64,000 nucleotides of DNA from an uncultured Acidobacteriota bacterium (GCA_963779465.1 CAVZYH010000004.1:395075-459074), one strand, 5' to 3'. Shown: positions 38,801-47,136, counted from the stretch's first letter. Program-made: numbers and translations. The notes: generated by a model not told the origin, from the sequence alone.

Positions 38801-38865
38801 GAGGCACAGGCTTGCGGGCTTTGCCGTATCCACGAAATTCTCATTCGCCTTGGAGGTAAGAGCAA
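35818..38865 (-). CDS. Omp85-family outer-membrane protein assembly factor (BamA/TamA-like) with multiple POTRA domains
   Basis: About 1000 aa. POTRA-like repeats (e.g. ...VRVEGLKEPPTEAAALASMRL..., ...GYLGAGILITAG...). C-terminal barrel ending ...VSHFGFSFNIGPVF (terminal aromatic). Start is TTG 38865 or ATG 38844. Confidence 0.9.
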   Translation of the reverse strand: MLLPPRRMRISWIRQSPQACASQRSGTWGTILSLGALLCSLLAGTSLRAQEAQIEGQNVAEIRIVDDTGKPVPGPATPLPLEIGKPFDFGTERESLRVLYRTGDFADIRVTTSAAADGVRVEFVVQRNFYNNVVRVEGLKEPPTEAAALASMRLTLGEPFRESSLREALARLKDTLSSEGLYEADVKWSLTPHEATRQMDVIITVQPGPRAVVGSVVVKNQTPYPDAELIGRSKIKLNKPFTSARVTRASQRLKKYLVNQGYLGAGILITAGNYDATSNLVALKYEVTTGPRVSVAVGGARLSQGKLRQLLPIYAEGAVDEDLLQEGRRNIRDYFQRQGYFDADVQVSSRDDPRAGVRLISYEVTRGDRSRLVGISFGGNKYFGKELLEGRLSLQPASFASSGRFSQTLVRDDVDSIRGLYLSNGFLDAKVTSSVDTNYKDKKGDLFVSFQIVEGPQTLVEALQIDGVHAMSKDAVLNAVGSSPGQPYSAAAVASDRNNILAMYYNDGFPEARFDDTSVPGSAPYRVKLTYQITEGTRIEVSKVLLTGYQYTRPGIIARQVVIQPNGPLREGDVVETQRQLYNLGVFTRVQIAPQNPLGSDPKKVMVVDVREGGRYTIGYGFGFEVLKIGNPCPSAPPPNSPPCNPNSTQIAASPRGIFEISRANMFGRAQTLTFKVRASTLQYRALASYTADNFLAKKALSAALTVFADKTLDVATFTSIRYEAQLQLSEKLSPSSSLQYRYFFRRVVATNLNGTISEDQIPLYSQPTLVSGIGITYSRDRRDNPADPKSGSFNTADFSYAATALGSSASFFRAFVQNSSYHPFGRAFVFARSTRFGVEVPTGTTTGNAPTNCADATTTGQIIPLPERFFSGGSQSLRGFSLNEAGPRDPCTGFPIGGLAVLIFNQELRFPMRLPIIGNRLGGTVFYDGGNVYSDVDHITLAWKSSSPTVLNYFSNTIGFGVRYATPIGPVRVDFGYLLNPAEYSVTPQPPTVPPTQMYRVSHFGFSFNIGPVF

Positions 38866-38955
38866 AGGTTAGCACGGCCGCGTTGCCTGCCGGACGCGAA
38901 AAGGCGCTATGATATTGAATTGAGAACAGTTCCTCCGCTCCGATAGACTACAAGA

Positions 38956-39999
38956 ATGAACAGCGAACAGCGCGAAAAATACTCACGGCAAATACTCTTC
39001 GCTGGAATCGGCCTCGAGGGCCAAGAGAAATTGCTGGGCGCAAGCGCAGTTCTTGCCGGCTGCGGAGCGCTCGGGACGGTGGTTGCCAACTTGCTAGTGC
39101 GCGCAGGAATCGGCCGCCTGCGCATCATCGACCGCGATTTTGTCGAGCCTTCGAACCTGCAACGCCAAACTCTGTTCGAAGAATCGGACGCGCGCGAGGC
39201 CCTGCCAAAAGCCGTCGCGGCCGAACGCCGCCTGCGCGCCATCAATTCCGACTCCCAAGTGGAAGGAATCGTCGCAGACCTCACCGCCGATAACTGCGCG
39301 GATCTTCTTGGCGGATTTCAGCTGATTCTCGACGGCACCGACAATTTCCAAACCCGTTTGCTCCTGAACGATGCCGCAATCTCGCTCAATGTCCCCTGGA
39401 TTTATGCCGGAGCCGTCGGAAGCTACGGCGTCACCATGACGATCCGTCCCGGTGCAACCGCCTGCCTCGCTTGCTTGCTGGAAGGTGATGAAAAATCCCC
39501 GGCGCTCGGCGCCGAAGCCACCTGCGACACCGCGGGCGTGCTCAACGCCGCTGTCGGCGTGATTGCATCTGTCGAAGCCGCCGAAGCCACAAAGATTCTC
39601 GCGGGCAAATCGGAAGATTTGCACGGCCGCCTCGTTTCCACAGACGTCTGGACCGGCCGCTTCCAGTCCATCCGCGTAGCTCGCCAGCCCGATTGCCGCG
39701 CCTGCGTCCGCCGCGAGTTCGTCTATCTCGAAGGAGAAGCCCAGCCCCACATCACCATGTGCGGCCGCGATTCAGTCCAAATTCACGAACGCCGCAGAAG
39801 CCTTGATCTCGACGAGCTCGGCCGCCGGATCACCAAAGCCTCCGCCGACGCCGGCGCAGTCCATCACAACGAATTCTTGCTCCGTTTCCGCATTGCGACC
39901 TATGAAATGACCGTCTTCGCCGACGGCCGCGCCATCGTCAAAGGCACAAAGGATCCCGCCATCGCGCGCTCACTCTACGCACGCTACGTAGGCGCCTGA
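38956..39999 (+). CDS. ThiF/MoeB/HesA-family adenylyltransferase (E1-like) with about 90-aa C-terminal domain
   Basis: YSRQILF, nucleotide loop GCGALGT, DRDFVEPSNLQRQ, and two CxxC pairs (CLAC, CRAC) for the structural zinc. Confidence 0.9.
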   Translation: MNSEQREKYSRQILFAGIGLEGQEKLLGASAVLAGCGALGTVVANLLVRAGIGRLRIIDRDFVEPSNLQRQTLFEESDAREALPKAVAAERRLRAINSDSQVEGIVADLTADNCADLLGGFQLILDGTDNFQTRLLLNDAAISLNVPWIYAGAVGSYGVTMTIRPGATACLACLLEGDEKSPALGAEATCDTAGVLNAAVGVIASVEAAEATKILAGKSEDLHGRLVSTDVWTGRFQSIRVARQPDCRACVRREFVYLEGEAQPHITMCGRDSVQIHERRRSLDLDELGRRITKASADAGAVHHNEFLLRFRIATYEMTVFADGRAIVKGTKDPAIARSLYARYVGA

Positions 40000-40041
40000 A
40001 CCACTTCAGTTTTTATTTGGATTGAAAACGAATGAATCGAA

Positions 40042-40392
40042 TCAGCCGACAAATCTCCGAAGCGCGGATTGCCGCATCGCCGCCCGGTCCATATTTTCCC
40101 GCGTATTCATCAACGTGAGCAAAGTACTCAGCACCCGCGCTTTCAGCTCATCGGACATCGGAAATCCGCTGGTCGCCACGTGCACCAGCGCCTCGCCGCG
40201 CCCCGAAATCTTGGTGATGAATTCCATCTGACGTTCGTGGTTGGTGTTACCGAGGGCCGTTTCTCGCCGCATCTCCGCGCATTCATTTTCAATGAACAGC
40301 GTGAAGTGCATGATGCACAGATGCTCCGCCGCCAACCCTGCGGGCACGTTGACCTTACAGCCTTTGGCACTGCAGTTTTCAGCCACGGACAC
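40042..40392 (-). CDS. 116-aa hypothetical protein with four N-terminal Cys
   Basis: Clean ORF convergent with the thiF-like gene. Cys at residues 7, 12, 26 and 38 (C-x4-C...C-x11-C). No family recognised. Confidence 0.5.
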   Translation of the reverse strand: MSVAENCSAKGCKVNVPAGLAAEHLCIMHFTLFIENECAEMRRETALGNTNHERQMEFITKISGRGEALVHVATSGFPMSDELKARVLSTLLTLMNTRENMDRAAMRQSALRRFVG

Positions 40393-40682
40393 ACCTGTTC
40401 ACAAGCTCATTGTTTTGTAGCATCTTGACCCGACGAATTCCAGCGCGCCTAAGCGTGGTGCGCTCAATTAGATAGCAGGCCACCGGACACCAGTTACTGT
40501 AATAGAATCAGCAAAAGCGCCAGCCCCTGGTTGCTAATGGAAGTCGCAAGTAGAAATCCCAAAATGGACCTCCACTCTGCCAAAATATCTTGCCCGCCAA
40601 CCCGCGCATTCTGTTGCGATACACCCAAGCCCATGTTACACACGAACGCGACGCATTTTCGCCGGGCTGGGGGCCTCACCGC

Positions 40683-42371
40683 ATGCCGCATCTTGCTCCA
40701 CACGACATAATGCATATGTTCATCGCGTTGGCCGTCCTGCTGGGCGCGGCCAAACTCGCCGGCGAGCTGATGCAAAAGCTCGATCAGCCCTCCGTTCTCG
40801 GTGAAATCATGGCCGGAATTCTGCTCGGCCCCACGCTGCTCGGTCATTTCAGACCGGATCTCTACGCATTTATTTTTCCCGCCACCGGTAACGTTCCCAT
40901 CGCACTCGAGACTGTTACCACCCTCGGCGTAGTATTTTTCCTGCTTATCGCCGGACTTGAAATTGACCTGCGCAGCATCTTCCGCCAAGGCAAAAGCGCT
41001 CTGCTCGTAAGCTTTTTCGGCGTAATCATTCCCTTCGCGTTCGGTTTCGGCGCCGCCGGATTATTTCCGCGTTTCCTGGGCGCGGCCCCCGGCGCGGACC
41101 GTCTGATCTTCTCCCTGTTCGTCGGCACGGCCCTTTCCATCTCCGCGCTTCCGGTCATCGCCAAAATCCTGATGGATCTGAACCTACTCCGGAGTGAAAT
41201 GGGCACCGTCGTCATGTCCTCGGCGATGTTCGACGATCTCGTCGGCTGGATCCTCTTCTCCATGATCCTCGGCATGATGAGCGGCGGCGGCACATCCATG
41301 GACGGAGTAAAACGCACCATCGTCCTGGTCATCGCCTTCGTGGTGCTCGCCCTCACCGTAGTCCGCTGGCTGATTGACAAGCTCCTGCCGCACATCCAAG
41401 CCCACACCAGTTGGCCCGGCGGCGTCCTCGGCTTCATCTTCACGCTCACTCTCGCCGCGGCGGCTTTCGCCGAATACGCCGGCATCCACGCCGTCTTCGG
41501 CGCTTTCATCATCGGCATCGCAGTCGGCGAATCCACGCACCTGCGCAAGCGCACCTCCGAGCTGATCCACGGCATCGTCACCAACGTCTTCGCCCCGTTC
41601 TTTTTTGCCAGCATCGGCCTGCGCACCAATTTCATCGCGAATTTCAATCTGCCCATCACCGTCACCGTCATCGGCGTAGCCTGCGTCGGCAAACTCCTCG
41701 GCGCTGGCATGGGAGCGCGCCTCGGCGGCATGGATCGTCGCACCTCCTGGGGAGTCGGCCTCGCAATGAACGCGCGCGGCGCCATGGAAATGATCCTCGG
41801 CCTCCTCGCGCTCCAGCTTGGCTTGATTCGCGAAACCATGTTCGTCGCGCTCGTGATCATGGCTCTCTTCACGTCGCTGGTTTCCGCGCCCGCCATCAAA
41901 TTCCTCATTCGCCGCCGCCGCACCATCACCCTGAAAGAAACCGTCAATGCCAAACTTTTCTTTCCCGCGCTCCAATCGCAGACGAAGGAACAAGTCCTGC
42001 ACGAAATGTGCATCGCCGCAGCCGACGCCGCCAGCAATTCACCGGAAAGATTCCTGCGCCTGGTCCGCGAACGCGAGCGCGTAACCACCAGCGGATGGGA
42101 AAACGGCCTCGCGGTTCCGCACGCCCGCGTCAACGGGTTGCTTGAACCTTTAGTGGTGGTAGGCCGTGTCGCTCAAGGAATAGACTTCGATGCCCGCGAC
42201 GGAAAGCCAGCCAGGTTGATCATTCTAATTCTTACCGGGGACAATCAATCTCAACACGATCTGTTGCTCGATGCCGGCGAACTCTTCAGCCGCAAAGAAG
42301 CCATCGAGCAAGCGCTGCATGCCGAAACCTTCGTGGAATTAATGGCCGCCCTCAACGCGCCAGTACACTGA
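40683..42371 (+). CDS. CPA2 (Kef-type) cation:proton antiporter fused to a C-terminal PTS EIIA(Ntr/Fru)-type domain
   Basis: QPSVLGEIMAGILLGPT and 12-13 TM helices. The C-terminal 150 aa have ...LFFPALQSQTKEQVLHEM...GLAVPHARV... (EIIA-2 His loop). Start chosen at ATG 40683. Confidence 0.9.
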   Translation: MPHLAPHDIMHMFIALAVLLGAAKLAGELMQKLDQPSVLGEIMAGILLGPTLLGHFRPDLYAFIFPATGNVPIALETVTTLGVVFFLLIAGLEIDLRSIFRQGKSALLVSFFGVIIPFAFGFGAAGLFPRFLGAAPGADRLIFSLFVGTALSISALPVIAKILMDLNLLRSEMGTVVMSSAMFDDLVGWILFSMILGMMSGGGTSMDGVKRTIVLVIAFVVLALTVVRWLIDKLLPHIQAHTSWPGGVLGFIFTLTLAAAAFAEYAGIHAVFGAFIIGIAVGESTHLRKRTSELIHGIVTNVFAPFFFASIGLRTNFIANFNLPITVTVIGVACVGKLLGAGMGARLGGMDRRTSWGVGLAMNARGAMEMILGLLALQLGLIRETMFVALVIMALFTSLVSAPAIKFLIRRRRTITLKETVNAKLFFPALQSQTKEQVLHEMCIAAADAASNSPERFLRLVRERERVTTSGWENGLAVPHARVNGLLEPLVVVGRVAQGIDFDARDGKPARLIILILTGDNQSQHDLLLDAGELFSRKEAIEQALHAETFVELMAALNAPVH

Positions 42372-42827
42372 TCGCTCTCGCGGTTTGTTGAGGCTTCAGA
42401 GCCCGTTTGAGAATTGCTTCCCGAATCGAGTCGAGGACTCAGAATTCGCCGAATAACAGAGCGACGTGTCATCCCGAACGGCGTCGCGCGCATGTTCTTT
42501 CCGGTCCCGCGACTGCGGGACGAGGTTGGGAAGTAGAGAGGGATCTGCGTTTCGCACAACAGTTGAGCGTCTCATCGGCTCGGCGCAGTTGACTTTGTAG
42601 CGGCGATCTTCAGACCGCCAGCCTTTGCAGTCGCTTCGGAATCTTTGTAGGTCCTGGCGTCAGTTCATCCTGAGAGCCCGCTGGCGGCAGGAGCGAAGGG
42701 CCGCGACATAAACACAAAAAAACAGCGCGGCGTTAGTCGCTGCAGCACGGATTTTACAGCTGAGGCGCAGGTATGGTGAGCCTGGGGGAAACAGCGTCGA
42801 GAAAATCCGGAGCCCCGACACCGCAGC

Positions 42828-44414
42828 CTAGGGCTTCTGCGCGGGCGCTGGGGTGGGGCCCGGTGCATCTGGCGCGTGTTCTCCCGCGTGATACGAAGTC
42901 CACGGCCCGGCATTCATATCTTCCAGCACCGACGCCTGCCACCGATACTCCGTATGCTCATCGAGAAACGGCTGCGACTTGAAGTCCGTGCCACAAGGAT
43001 GCCCGATGCGCGCGACGAAGCTCATCGTCTCCGCCATATGCGTATCCATCACCTTCCCCTCCACAGCGCCCGTCGGGTTGTAAGGCTTTGTCGCAAAACC
43101 AGGATCGCCAGGCGTCGCCACATCGCCATGCCCGCAAAGCGTGCGCCGGTTCGCCCCAGTCTGCTTGGTGTAGCTGTCATAATGATCGGCCAGAAATCCC
43201 TCGGCCAGAGTCGTATCAATCTTCCCCATGTTCGCGGCCATTAATTGATCCCAGCGGACGTGCCGCGCGTTTGCCGAGGCCGCAAGATTCGTCGCATCAA
43301 AGGTGGTCTCGTCTTTCAACACCTCCGGGTCACTCGCGAAATTCGAGCCCACAAAATATCCATCCTTGGTGCGCCAAACCTTGGAATGCTTCAAGCCCAA
43401 TTCAAACCGCGCGATCTCGTTCGTCTTGCGATCCGCGAGGAGCCAGTCGTTCGCGTAGCCGCCGTTATTTCCATCCAGCATGATTTTCATGTATTCATCA
43501 ATGGATCCCGCATACTGGAACGCCTTGCGCGCCCGTGCGAATTCCGGTTTGCCGCTGGGATCCCAGCCGTGAAAATCCGTGATGGTAGTTTCAGTCACCA
43601 TCAATCCGCCCGAGTTCACTCCGAAATCATCGTCGCTCACGATCACTCCCGGGTAGCCGTCCATCAACATGGCGTAGCCCGCCTGCGGCACGATATCGAA
43701 AATGATCTTCCAGCGCGCGCCCTCCAGGTAGCTCGTCCAGTTATTGTGTGCAATCACAATCTTGTGATCTTTCGTGTAGCTGCCCGTAGCGACGAACGCG
43801 CTGCAGTGTCCTTCGTGCGTCGTCGCCGAAGTTGCCGATTTGCCGTGACGATCGCTCAGTCGATCGCCTTGCTCATCGCTCGCCCCATTCGTCTGCCCGC
43901 TGTTTCGCCCACTGGTCTGCTTGTCGAGCCACGGTACGTAGTAATCGCCCAATTCCATGAACGCGTTCAGCGCCACGATATCGTATAGGTCCAGCTTTAC
44001 CTCCCGCGCTCGCAGCCCTTCCACGATTCCCTGTAGCTCCGCCTGATATTCCGGATCAATCTTCGGCCACAGCATCTCTCGCGAGGCCCGTCGGAAAAAA
44101 TCCCAGTCGCGATTGCTGTTGTGCGTCATCTCCAGGCTAGCCGCCGCAAATCCATCCGCAATCTCGTTAGCCAGCAAAAATCCATGCTGATACCCGATAT
44201 CGTGCGGTGATCCCTCCAGATGCACGTAAATCCATCCCCCCCGCTCAAACCGGTAAGCCTTAGCCAAAATCGGATTATCCGCCCCGCGTTGCACTGCGTG
44301 CGCCGCGTGAACTTCGCCTAGCGCCGAAAACTGCGTGGCCAGCAAAGCGAATCCGGCTCCCATCATCACCACAATCAGCAACACAAACGGCAAACGGTTC
44401 CTCGACACATTCAT
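42828..44414 (-). CDS. C45-peptidase / phospholipase-B-like Ntn hydrolase with N-terminal membrane anchor
   Basis: GSPHDIGYQHGFLLANEI (C45-type) and putative autoprocessing nucleophile in EGHCSAFVATG. ATG 44414 gives MNVSRNRLPFVLLIVVMMGAGFALL. Confidence 0.75.
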   Translation of the reverse strand: MNVSRNRLPFVLLIVVMMGAGFALLATQFSALGEVHAAHAVQRGADNPILAKAYRFERGGWIYVHLEGSPHDIGYQHGFLLANEIADGFAAASLEMTHNSNRDWDFFRRASREMLWPKIDPEYQAELQGIVEGLRAREVKLDLYDIVALNAFMELGDYYVPWLDKQTSGRNSGQTNGASDEQGDRLSDRHGKSATSATTHEGHCSAFVATGSYTKDHKIVIAHNNWTSYLEGARWKIIFDIVPQAGYAMLMDGYPGVIVSDDDFGVNSGGLMVTETTITDFHGWDPSGKPEFARARKAFQYAGSIDEYMKIMLDGNNGGYANDWLLADRKTNEIARFELGLKHSKVWRTKDGYFVGSNFASDPEVLKDETTFDATNLAASANARHVRWDQLMAANMGKIDTTLAEGFLADHYDSYTKQTGANRRTLCGHGDVATPGDPGFATKPYNPTGAVEGKVMDTHMAETMSFVARIGHPCGTDFKSQPFLDEHTEYRWQASVLEDMNAGPWTSYHAGEHAPDAPGPTPAPAQKP

Positions 44415-44538
44415 CGGAGAGAATCTCCTCGGCCAAGCCCGACTTCGACGCAGCGCATCCGCAGCCATGGTAAGAGGCACACAGGCACGTGTCAACGCGC
44501 GCCCCCGTTTCGAAACAACCCTTGAAGGGCTGTTCCAC

Positions 44539-44817
44539 GTCACGGCGCCCATGAAGAATGGAAGCGATTTATAGCGGATTTGTGTTTGGGCGATAGATGA
44601 TCAAATAAGAATAAACCGGGAAAAACTTCACGTCCTCGCCCGTCAAATCTTTGCGGTAGTATCCGGCCTCGGGGGAATCTGCTAGGAAAGTGATTTTTTC
44701 TCGGATGGCTAATTCAACTTGGTCTGCTGTCGTTACACTGGATTGATCTTTGATGTAAGCCCAAATTTCGAGGAGATGAAGCGCGGCCAACGACGCTAGA
44801 ACGAAACGCTTGCCCAT
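44539..44817 (-). pseudogene. parE: ParE/RelE-family toxin interrupted by an in-frame TAA (44571-44569) before the conserved C-terminal ILHGxRD motif
   Basis: The ORF ends ...FFPVYSYLIIYRPNTNPL-TAA. The same frame continues IASILHGRRDVEQ... Start ATG 44817 directly abuts the antitoxin stop (TAGATG). Confidence 0.6.
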
Positions 44818-45072
44818 CTAGTCCTGGCTTTTCAGTTTCGCCAGGTAAGCCGTCAATTGATCGTCCGGGATCACATCGCCGCGATCGAGTCGCTCAATGC
44901 CGCGCCGGATCTTCGCGTTGATCGTGTCGCGATTTTCCAGAAGCCACCGATCCTGCTCGTCCTGAGTCTCCAACGAATGCAGGAGTACTTCCTCGACGCT
45001 GCCGGACCCGGTCGCGTCCAACTGCTTTCGGAGTCTGGCCTCAAGAGCCGCATCGCGGATTTCAATGTTCAC
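44818..45072 (-). CDS. parD: ParD-like type II antitoxin
   Basis: 84 aa. GTG 45072 has GGAGG 8 nt upstream. Sits immediately upstream of the ParE-like ORF. C-terminal ...INAKIRRGIERLDRGDVIPDDQLTAYLAKLK resembles ParD-type antitoxins. Confidence 0.7.
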   Translation of the reverse strand: MNIEIRDAALEARLRKQLDATGSGSVEEVLLHSLETQDEQDRWLLENRDTINAKIRRGIERLDRGDVIPDDQLTAYLAKLKSQD

Positions 45073-45192
45073 GGCTCAATCCTCCAGGATGGTGGCGGGT
45101 TCTGTTTTTGTCGTAGCCGAGCAGCCCACAATGTCAAGAAAACGTGGTATTGGGGGAAGCCCAGCACGGTCTTCGCCCTAACATTAACCTCG

Positions 45193-45220
45193 TTGACACC
45201 GCGCCTTACCACCGTATAAT
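45193..45220 (+). promoter_or_regulatory. Consensus sigma70 promoter TTGACA-16 nt-TATAAT
   Basis: TTGACA at 45193-45198 and TATAAT at 45215-45220. Lies inside the 5' end of track ORF 45144..46997. Confidence 0.6.
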
Positions 45221-45314
45221 CATGTGCTTAGCTTGGCGATACCCCAGCAATCCCAGGCCGTTCCAGCTTCATCGCGTTTTGGCGTTCTGCATCATCGTAG
45301 TCAGCCCCGGAGGT

Positions 45315-46997
45315 ATGCACGCAGTGATCTGGCTTCACAATGCGGCGTCGCAAGCGGTGTGTTCAGCGCTCACCTGGACGTCGTCCGCCGCCGGCAATCC
45401 GCTCTCCGACTACTGGCGCCGTAACACCGATGCCCAGCTCAATCCGTTTCGCGGCCTCTACCAGCTGAACACTTTCGATTTCGCCATCATGCTGCCGTAC
45501 TTCTTCGTGATGAGCATTCTCGCAATGTATGGCATTCATCGTTACGCGCTGGTTTACAACTATTACAAGAACCGCAAGCGCGTCGCCGGTCCGCCTCCGC
45601 AAATCACCCAGTGGCCCCGCGTCACCGTGCAGCTTCCCATTTACAACGAGCGTTACGTCATCGAGCGCCTCGTCGAAGCCGTTGCCGCCTTCGATTATCC
45701 GCGCGAGCTTCTCGATATTCAGGTGCTCGACGATTCCACCGACGAAACGCAGGAAGTCGCGCGCAACTGCGTCGAGCGCTACCAGGGCCTCGGCCTGCCG
45801 ATCAGCTACATTCATCGCGATAATCGCGAAGGATTTAAAGCCGGCGCGCTGCAGGAAGGCCTGAACACCGCGCTCGGAGAATTCGTCGCCGTCTTCGACG
45901 CCGATTTTATTCCGCCGGCGGATTTTCTGCGGCGCACCGTGCCGTATTTCGCCGATTCCAAGCTGGCCATGGCGCAAACCCGCTGGAGCTACATCAATCG
46001 CAATTATTCCGCGCTCACGGAAGTGGAAGCGATTCTGCTCGATGGGCATTTCGTCATCGAACATTCTTCGCGCTTCCGCACCGGGCTGTTTTTCAATTTC
46101 AATGGCACAGCTGGCATATGGCGGCGCGCCGCGATTGAGGATGCCGGCGGCTGGCAGCACGACACGCTCACCGAAGACACCGATCTTTCCTACCGCGCGC
46201 AGTTGCGCGGCTGGCACTTCGTCTATTTGCCGGAAATTGAATGTCCGTCCGAGCTGCCGGTGGAGATGAATGCGTTCAAATCGCAGCAAGCGCGCTGGGC
46301 CAAGGGCTTGATGCAGACAGCGAGAAAAATTCTGCCGCGCGTGATGCGCGCTGACGTTCCGGCCAGCGTGAAAGCCGAAGCCTTCTTCCATCTCACGGCG
46401 AACATCAGCTACCCGCTGATGGTTTTCATGTCCATCATTTTGCTGCCGGCGATGATTGTGCGATTCTACCAGGGATGGTTTCAGGTGCTAGTGATTGATC
46501 TGCCGCTGTTTCTCGCGTCCACCTGCTCGATTTCATCTTTCTACCTGGCCGCCGAGCGCGCGCTATACCCAAAAACATGGAAGCGCACTTTTTTGTATTT
46601 GCCATTCGTGATGGCCGTGGGCATTGGGCTGTCCGTACGCAACGCTCTTGCAGTGATGGAAGCGATCGTCGGCGTGAAATCAGAATTCGTGCGCACGCCG
46701 AAATACAGCGTGCAAGCCGGAGAGCACGGCGATGGCGTGTGGGCCAAGAAAAAATATCACAAGAGCGCCGGATGGATGCCCTTCGCGGAAGTTCTGCTGG
46801 GATTGTATTTCGCCGCAGCCGTGTTTTACGCGCTGCAAAATGAAAACTACGCCACCGTGCCGTTCCTGCTGCTCTTCGTGTGGGGCTACCTCTACACTGG
46901 CCTGATGTCGCTGGCGCAAACCTACCTCGAGCGCCTGCGCTTCGGCGTAGAATCCGGCGAAGTTCGCCCCGCCTCCACCGGCGCCCCCGGATTTTAG
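45315..46997 (+). CDS. Processive family-2 glycosyltransferase (cellulose/glucomannan-synthase-like, D,D,D,QxxRW)
   Basis: VLDDSTDET, FDADF, TEDTDLSYR, QQARWAKG, plus N- and C-terminal TM bundles. The start must lie downstream of the promoter: ATG 45315 or GTG 45324 (GGAGG at 45309-45313). Confidence 0.85.
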   Translation: MHAVIWLHNAASQAVCSALTWTSSAAGNPLSDYWRRNTDAQLNPFRGLYQLNTFDFAIMLPYFFVMSILAMYGIHRYALVYNYYKNRKRVAGPPPQITQWPRVTVQLPIYNERYVIERLVEAVAAFDYPRELLDIQVLDDSTDETQEVARNCVERYQGLGLPISYIHRDNREGFKAGALQEGLNTALGEFVAVFDADFIPPADFLRRTVPYFADSKLAMAQTRWSYINRNYSALTEVEAILLDGHFVIEHSSRFRTGLFFNFNGTAGIWRRAAIEDAGGWQHDTLTEDTDLSYRAQLRGWHFVYLPEIECPSELPVEMNAFKSQQARWAKGLMQTARKILPRVMRADVPASVKAEAFFHLTANISYPLMVFMSIILLPAMIVRFYQGWFQVLVIDLPLFLASTCSISSFYLAAERALYPKTWKRTFLYLPFVMAVGIGLSVRNALAVMEAIVGVKSEFVRTPKYSVQAGEHGDGVWAKKKYHKSAGWMPFAEVLLGLYFAAAVFYALQNENYATVPFLLLFVWGYLYTGLMSLAQTYLERLRFGVESGEVRPASTGAPGF

Positions 46998-47012
46998 TCC
47001 CGTAAAAACAAA

Positions 47013-47039
47013 AGCGGCGGCCCGACTGCGGCCGCCGCT
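47013..47039. terminator. Bidirectional rho-independent terminator between convergent GT2 and helicase genes
   Basis: Perfect 10-bp stem AGCGGCGGCC/GGCCGCCGCT with a 7-nt loop. Flanked by AAAAACAAA on the left (a T-run for the minus strand) and GCTTTCTGTCT on the right. Confidence 0.7.
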
Positions 47040-47136
47040 GCTTTCTGTCTGCACCTTTCTAAATCAAAACCTTGCTTTGTCTCCGGACGCAGCCGCGTTT
47101 TGCAACGCCGCGCTGCTCACCGATTTGGGGCCGGTA

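Noticed and set aside
38956-39999. ThiF/E1-like gene as part of a ubiquitin-like conjugation or anti-phage (E1-E2-JAB) system
   Set aside because: No E2, JAB, Ubl or CD-NTase gene is adjacent. Its length and double CxxC fit ordinary long-form MoeB/ThiF enzymes.
44275-44538. 87-aa ORF MEQPFKGCFETGARVD...
   Set aside because: It is the read-on of the ParE frame past the in-frame stop and overlaps the N-terminus of the Ntn hydrolase gene. It is not an independent gene.
44569-46997. Mobile element or genomic island around the ParDE module
   Set aside because: Apart from the locally lower G+C of the TA pair, there is no integrase, transposase, tRNA attachment site or flanking direct repeat.
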